Part shown: positions 60,490-64,000 of the stretch, one piece after another | How the letters are laid out: every line of letters begins with the position of its first letter | Numbering within the stretch: the stretch's first letter is position 1 | Source of the DNA: Candidatus Poribacteria bacterium | Lineage (GTDB): Bacteria > Poribacteria > WGA-4E > JAJDTR01 | NCBI GenBank assembly: GCA_965222225.1 | Contig: CBDCTK010000002.1 | Location: 3,264,001 to 3,328,000 of the forward strand | DNA length: 64,000 nucleotides | Direction: 5' to 3' | Notes under the pieces: generated by a model | What the model was told of the DNA's origin: nothing | Seen by the model: only the letters and a program-made list of their open reading frames with translations | Database searches by the model: none | Translations under genes and position numbers: made by a program

Positions 60490-62562
60490 TCAAAGCAGCG
60501 TGCCCAACTCCCCAATATCCGCCGTGGGTGTTTGGCAGGCGTAGTTTTCACAAACGTAGACAGTCGCTTTTCCATTAATTTGCGTCTTGCCAGCCGTTAA
60601 CGGCATCAACCCATCGGCAGAGGATTGATCGTTGCTTGAATCTAGCAGCGCCAAGATTTTATTCGGCAGAAATCGACTGTGAATCTCCTGCAAAATAATC
60701 TTCGTGTCATCGGCATTCTTTTCGCCAACAACCGCGATTTCCCGAGGCGCCGAAAGCAGAAACTCTAGTTCACACAACAGTTGTCCCGATCCGGATGGGG
60801 CATTTTCTATTTGCTGATAATAAAGGCTCAGCGCTTGGACAGCCTTTGCGTGGAAGTCGGGACGATCGAGATGCTTGGCGAGTCTCAGCAAGCTATGAAC
60901 CGCCATTGCTGTCCCGGACGGAGTCGCACTGTCATACGCGGACTTGGACTGAACAATGAGTGATTCGTGCGCTTTGCCTGTGAAGAAAAAGCCGCTGCTC
61001 GATTCATCCCAAAACTGTTCAATCATGATCTGCGTAAGCCGTTCCGCCTCTTGCAACCAACGTGGATTGAAACTGGCTTCGTAAAGCGCGACCAAGCCGG
61101 CGGATAAGTAAGAATAATCCTCAAGATATGCGTTCAAGTGGCTCTTTCCCGCGCGGTACGTGCGCAGCAACAAGCCATCGGCTTGGGACAGTTCGGTCAA
61201 AATGAAATCCGCCGATTTCTCAGCCGCTTCAAGATAACGCCGGTCATTAAGCAGTTGGTATCCGAAAGCCATGCCTCGAATCATAATACCGTTCCAACTG
61301 GTCAATATTTTGTCGTCCAGACCGGGTTTGATTCTATCTTCCCGCACCTCAAATAGTTTCTGTTTTCCTTCGCGAAGGATTGCCTCCAATTCGGCTTCAT
61401 CTCGGCGCAATTTCTTGGCGAATACATCCAACGGTGTTTGTATGTGAAGGATGTTCTCCCCTTCAAAATTTCCCGATTCAGTAATATCGTAATATTCGCA
61501 GAAAATCTCCGCGTTTTCCCGCCCCAGAATCCGATCGACCTCATCTAACGACCAGACAAAGAACTTGCCCTCAACGCCTTCGCTGTCCGCATCCTGCGCC
61601 GAGTAGAATCCACCTTTTTCCGCATCGTACATTTCGCGCAGGACGTAATCAAGCGTCTCCTTGGCAATTTCACGATAAAGCGGTTTCTTCGTCGCTTGAT
61701 AGGCTTCCAGATAAGCGGCCACGAGTTGTGCGTTGTCGTAAAGCATCTTCTCGAAGTGCGGGACCAGCCAAACGGCATCGGTTGAATAACGGTGGAATCC
61801 GCCGCCGAGTTGATCGTACATACCACCGAGCGCCATTTTCTCCAGTGTCAATTCTGCCATTTCCAACGCATTGGGGTTCCCCGTCCGCAGCCAGTAGCGC
61901 AGCAGAAAAGGCAATCCCATGCTTGGCGGAAACTTGGGCGCGTTCCCAAAGCCGCCGTATTGCGAATCGAAGGTCGAACGATAGTGCCGAAAGGCTCCAT
62001 CCAGGAGGTCGGTTGTTAGGTCGTGTCCGTGGTCGCTTACACTCGACATCTGAGTAAGATGCTCCACAATCTGTTCGGCTTGTTTTGCGATATCACTTCG
62101 CCGGTCACGGTAGGCAGTGGAGACAGCTTGCAGGACGTTTGCAAATCCGGGGCGTCCGTGACGGTCATCGGGCGGGAAATAGGTGCCGCCATAGAAAGGC
62201 TGGAGATCGGGCGTGAGGAACATCGTCATCGGCCATCCCCCTTGCCGCGTCATGATTTGGACGGCGTTCATGTAAATCTCATCCAGATCGGGGCGTTCCT
62301 CACGATCGACCTTGATGTTGACAAAATGCTGATTCATGATGGCGGCAATCCCTTCGTTTTCAAAGGACTCGCGCTCCATTACATGACACCAATGACAAGC
62401 GGAATAACCGATACTCAAAAGGATTGGTTTGTCCTCTCCTTTGGCACGATCCAACGCTTCCTCGCCCCACGGATACCAATCCACCGGATTGTGGGCGTGC
62501 TGTAGAAGATAGGGGCTAGTTTCATTGCTGAGTCTGTTGGTATGTTTCAGCGTATCCGACAT
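60490..62562 (-). CDS. Thioredoxin-domain YyaL/SSP411 family protein
   Basis: [58 protein letters not shown] motifs. Confidence 0.95.
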   Translation of the reverse strand: MSDTLKHTNRLSNETSPYLLQHAHNPVDWYPWGEEALDRAKGEDKPILLSIGYSACHWCHVMERESFENEGIAAIMNQHFVNIKVDREERPDLDEIYMNAVQIMTRQGGWPMTMFLTPDLQPFYGGTYFPPDDRHGRPGFANVLQAVSTAYRDRRSDIAKQAEQIVEHLTQMSSVSDHGHDLTTDLLDGAFRHYRSTFDSQYGGFGNAPKFPPSMGLPFLLRYWLRTGNPNALEMAELTLEKMALGGMYDQLGGGFHRYSTDAVWLVPHFEKMLYDNAQLVAAYLEAYQATKKPLYREIAKETLDYVLREMYDAEKGGFYSAQDADSEGVEGKFFVWSLDEVDRILGRENAEIFCEYYDITESGNFEGENILHIQTPLDVFAKKLRRDEAELEAILREGKQKLFEVREDRIKPGLDDKILTSWNGIMIRGMAFGYQLLNDRRYLEAAEKSADFILTELSQADGLLLRTYRAGKSHLNAYLEDYSYLSAGLVALYEASFNPRWLQEAERLTQIMIEQFWDESSSGFFFTGKAHESLIVQSKSAYDSATPSGTAMAVHSLLRLAKHLDRPDFHAKAVQALSLYYQQIENAPSGSGQLLCELEFLLSAPREIAVVGEKNADDTKIILQEIHSRFLPNKILALLDSSNDQSSADGLMPLTAGKTQINGKATVYVCENYACQTPTADIGELGTLL

Positions 62563-62621
62563 AAGGTTCCTTTCCATCCGGCTTGACTTCGACGTAGGTT
62601 CACTCAGTTCGCATCAAATTC

Positions 62622-63560
62622 TCACTCATCACTCTCCGCTCGTAACGCGACATAGCTCCGATGACGGATGGGACTTATTGTTCCCGCATTCACCGCTTCG
62701 ATGACCGCGCATCCCGGCTCGCCAAGATGAGAGCAATCGTTGTAATGACAGTTGCCAAGATAGGGTTCCATTTCCGGGAAATAATGCTCGAGGTGTTCCG
62801 TATCAATTCCCCATAGTCCAACTTCCCGAATGCCCGGGGTGTCCGCCACTTCGCCGCCAAAATCAAGCGGAAATAGCTCAACGAGTGTGGTTGTGTGCTT
62901 GCCCTTTTCCGATTTTTTCCCAACCTCCCCGACGCGCAAGCCTAAACCGGGTTGAACGGCGTTTAGAAGACTCGACTTGCCCACACCGGATGCTCCGACG
63001 ATGACGCTAAATTTTCCCTCCATTACCCGTCGGAGATCACAAACCCCCGGATACCCCTTGGTACTTGTATAAATCACCTCATAGCCGAGCGAACGATAGG
63101 TGCCGAAGAGCGATGTTACCCTTTCCTGTTCCTCCGAATCAATGAGATCCATTTTGTTCAGGCAAACGACGGCGTCCATTCCGCCGTTCTCCGCCAAAAT
63201 CAGAAACCGATCCAAAAAGCGGAATTTCACATCGGGCTGACGTGTCGAGATGATAACAATCACCCGATCTGTGTTGGCAACGATGACCTGCTCAACTGTC
63301 TCACGCTTACCCGGATATTGGCGCGAAAACTTTGTCCGACGCGGGAGTAACTCTTCAATGACGCCCTCTTCATCATCGAGTTGAGTGAAGGTTACCACAT
63401 CGCCCACGGCAACCGGATCCGCGTAAATCCGCCTGCCTATCTCGGAACGTTGTTCACGTTTGATGCGTCCGCGCAGAGTGCAACGGAGAGTAAGATTATC
63501 GCGCTGAACGTCGTAAAATCCAGATGTCGCGCGAATGACTCGCCCCTGAATTTTATCCAT
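62622..63560 (-). CDS. rsgA: Ribosome small subunit-dependent GTPase A
   Basis: NKMD, GASGVGKS, GKHTT, DTPG, Zn-binding CHYNDCSH..EPGC. Confidence 0.95.
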   Translation of the reverse strand: MDKIQGRVIRATSGFYDVQRDNLTLRCTLRGRIKREQRSEIGRRIYADPVAVGDVVTFTQLDDEEGVIEELLPRRTKFSRQYPGKRETVEQVIVANTDRVIVIISTRQPDVKFRFLDRFLILAENGGMDAVVCLNKMDLIDSEEQERVTSLFGTYRSLGYEVIYTSTKGYPGVCDLRRVMEGKFSVIVGASGVGKSSLLNAVQPGLGLRVGEVGKKSEKGKHTTTLVELFPLDFGGEVADTPGIREVGLWGIDTEHLEHYFPEMEPYLGNCHYNDCSHLGEPGCAVIEAVNAGTISPIRHRSYVALRAESDE

Positions 63561-63629
63561 ATTTAATTGACTTCAATTTCGGTTACACCTCTCTCGTAGA
63601 ACGGGATGAACGATTTGCAAGCACTAAAC

Positions 63630-63738
63630 GATCAACTGAGTGGATAACGAAGGCGATAGAAGATCCCATAGTGAGTGCGATAGGAATCCCCTGACCACCA
63701 TTTTTTGAAGAGCGCGATAGAACTTCCATAGAAATCTT
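63630..63738 (+). repeat. GATCAA...TCCC element with stuttered tails
   Basis: GATCAACTGAGTGGATAACGAAGGCGATAGAAGATCCC-ATAGTGAGTGCGATAGGAATCCC ... GCGCGATAGAACTTCC-ATAGAAATC. Confidence 0.8.
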
Positions 63739-63965
63739 AAAGGCTTATAATGGGCGACAACAAAACATGGGACAGTCCCTACTCAAATATCCAAAAAGGG
63801 CTCTACCACTTACTTTTCAAACAGTATCTTAACTCGACTTTGTACATTTGAGCGAGGCAACAAACGGTGTCAATCAAGCGTGGAAGAAAAATGGAGGAGA
63901 TTTTAGACATTTGGTCTTTTTGGTTGACCATTGAAAAAGTCTCAAGCGGTTCCTGATACTATGCA

Positions 63966-63987
63966 ACCTGTCGCCCCGCGGGGGCTT
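63966..63987. repeat. ACCTGTCGCCCC..GGGGCT hairpin repeat
   Basis: Same family as 30682-30703 inside the MITE. Confidence 0.6.
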
Positions 63988-64000
63988 TGGTGTGCGGTGA

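Overview
Bacterial chromosomal window of about 50% GC. The TPR/HEAT/FG-GAP-rich proteins, FRG-TPR genes, Eco57I-like fusion and Gfo/Idh/MocA paralogues suggest Candidatus Poribacteria, but this is inference only. Housekeeping and metabolic genes: CcmD-like, glnK with two amt genes (sigma54/NtrC-like signals), GT39, trpF, a Ski2/HelY helicase, a GHMP kinase-GalU fusion, NhaC, tsaE, FAH, ino1, fused E1 plus E2, queF, MFS, a quinone oxidoreductase, AKR, YitJ-like, YyaL and rsgA. Other regions: a defence-like island at 26.7-36.9 kb (tandem-duplicated FRG-TPR/small-gene unit with reciprocal inactivation, and a type IIG R-M gene with an AT-rich specificity domain), a 2040-aa surface protein with 8 tandem modules, and a pspA-YjfI-NfeD-2xflotillin cluster. 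No tRNA, rRNA, CRISPR array or transposase was seen. The most striking signal is non-coding: a ~37-nt element, GATCAA-NN-GA-NN-GRWYA-NN-GA-NN-GCGATAG-N3/4-TCCC, at about 14 intergenic loci. It varies mainly at fixed dinucleotide slots, shows stuttered 5' and 3' partial copies, and repeatedly sits inside the loops of several unrelated REP/MITE hairpins.
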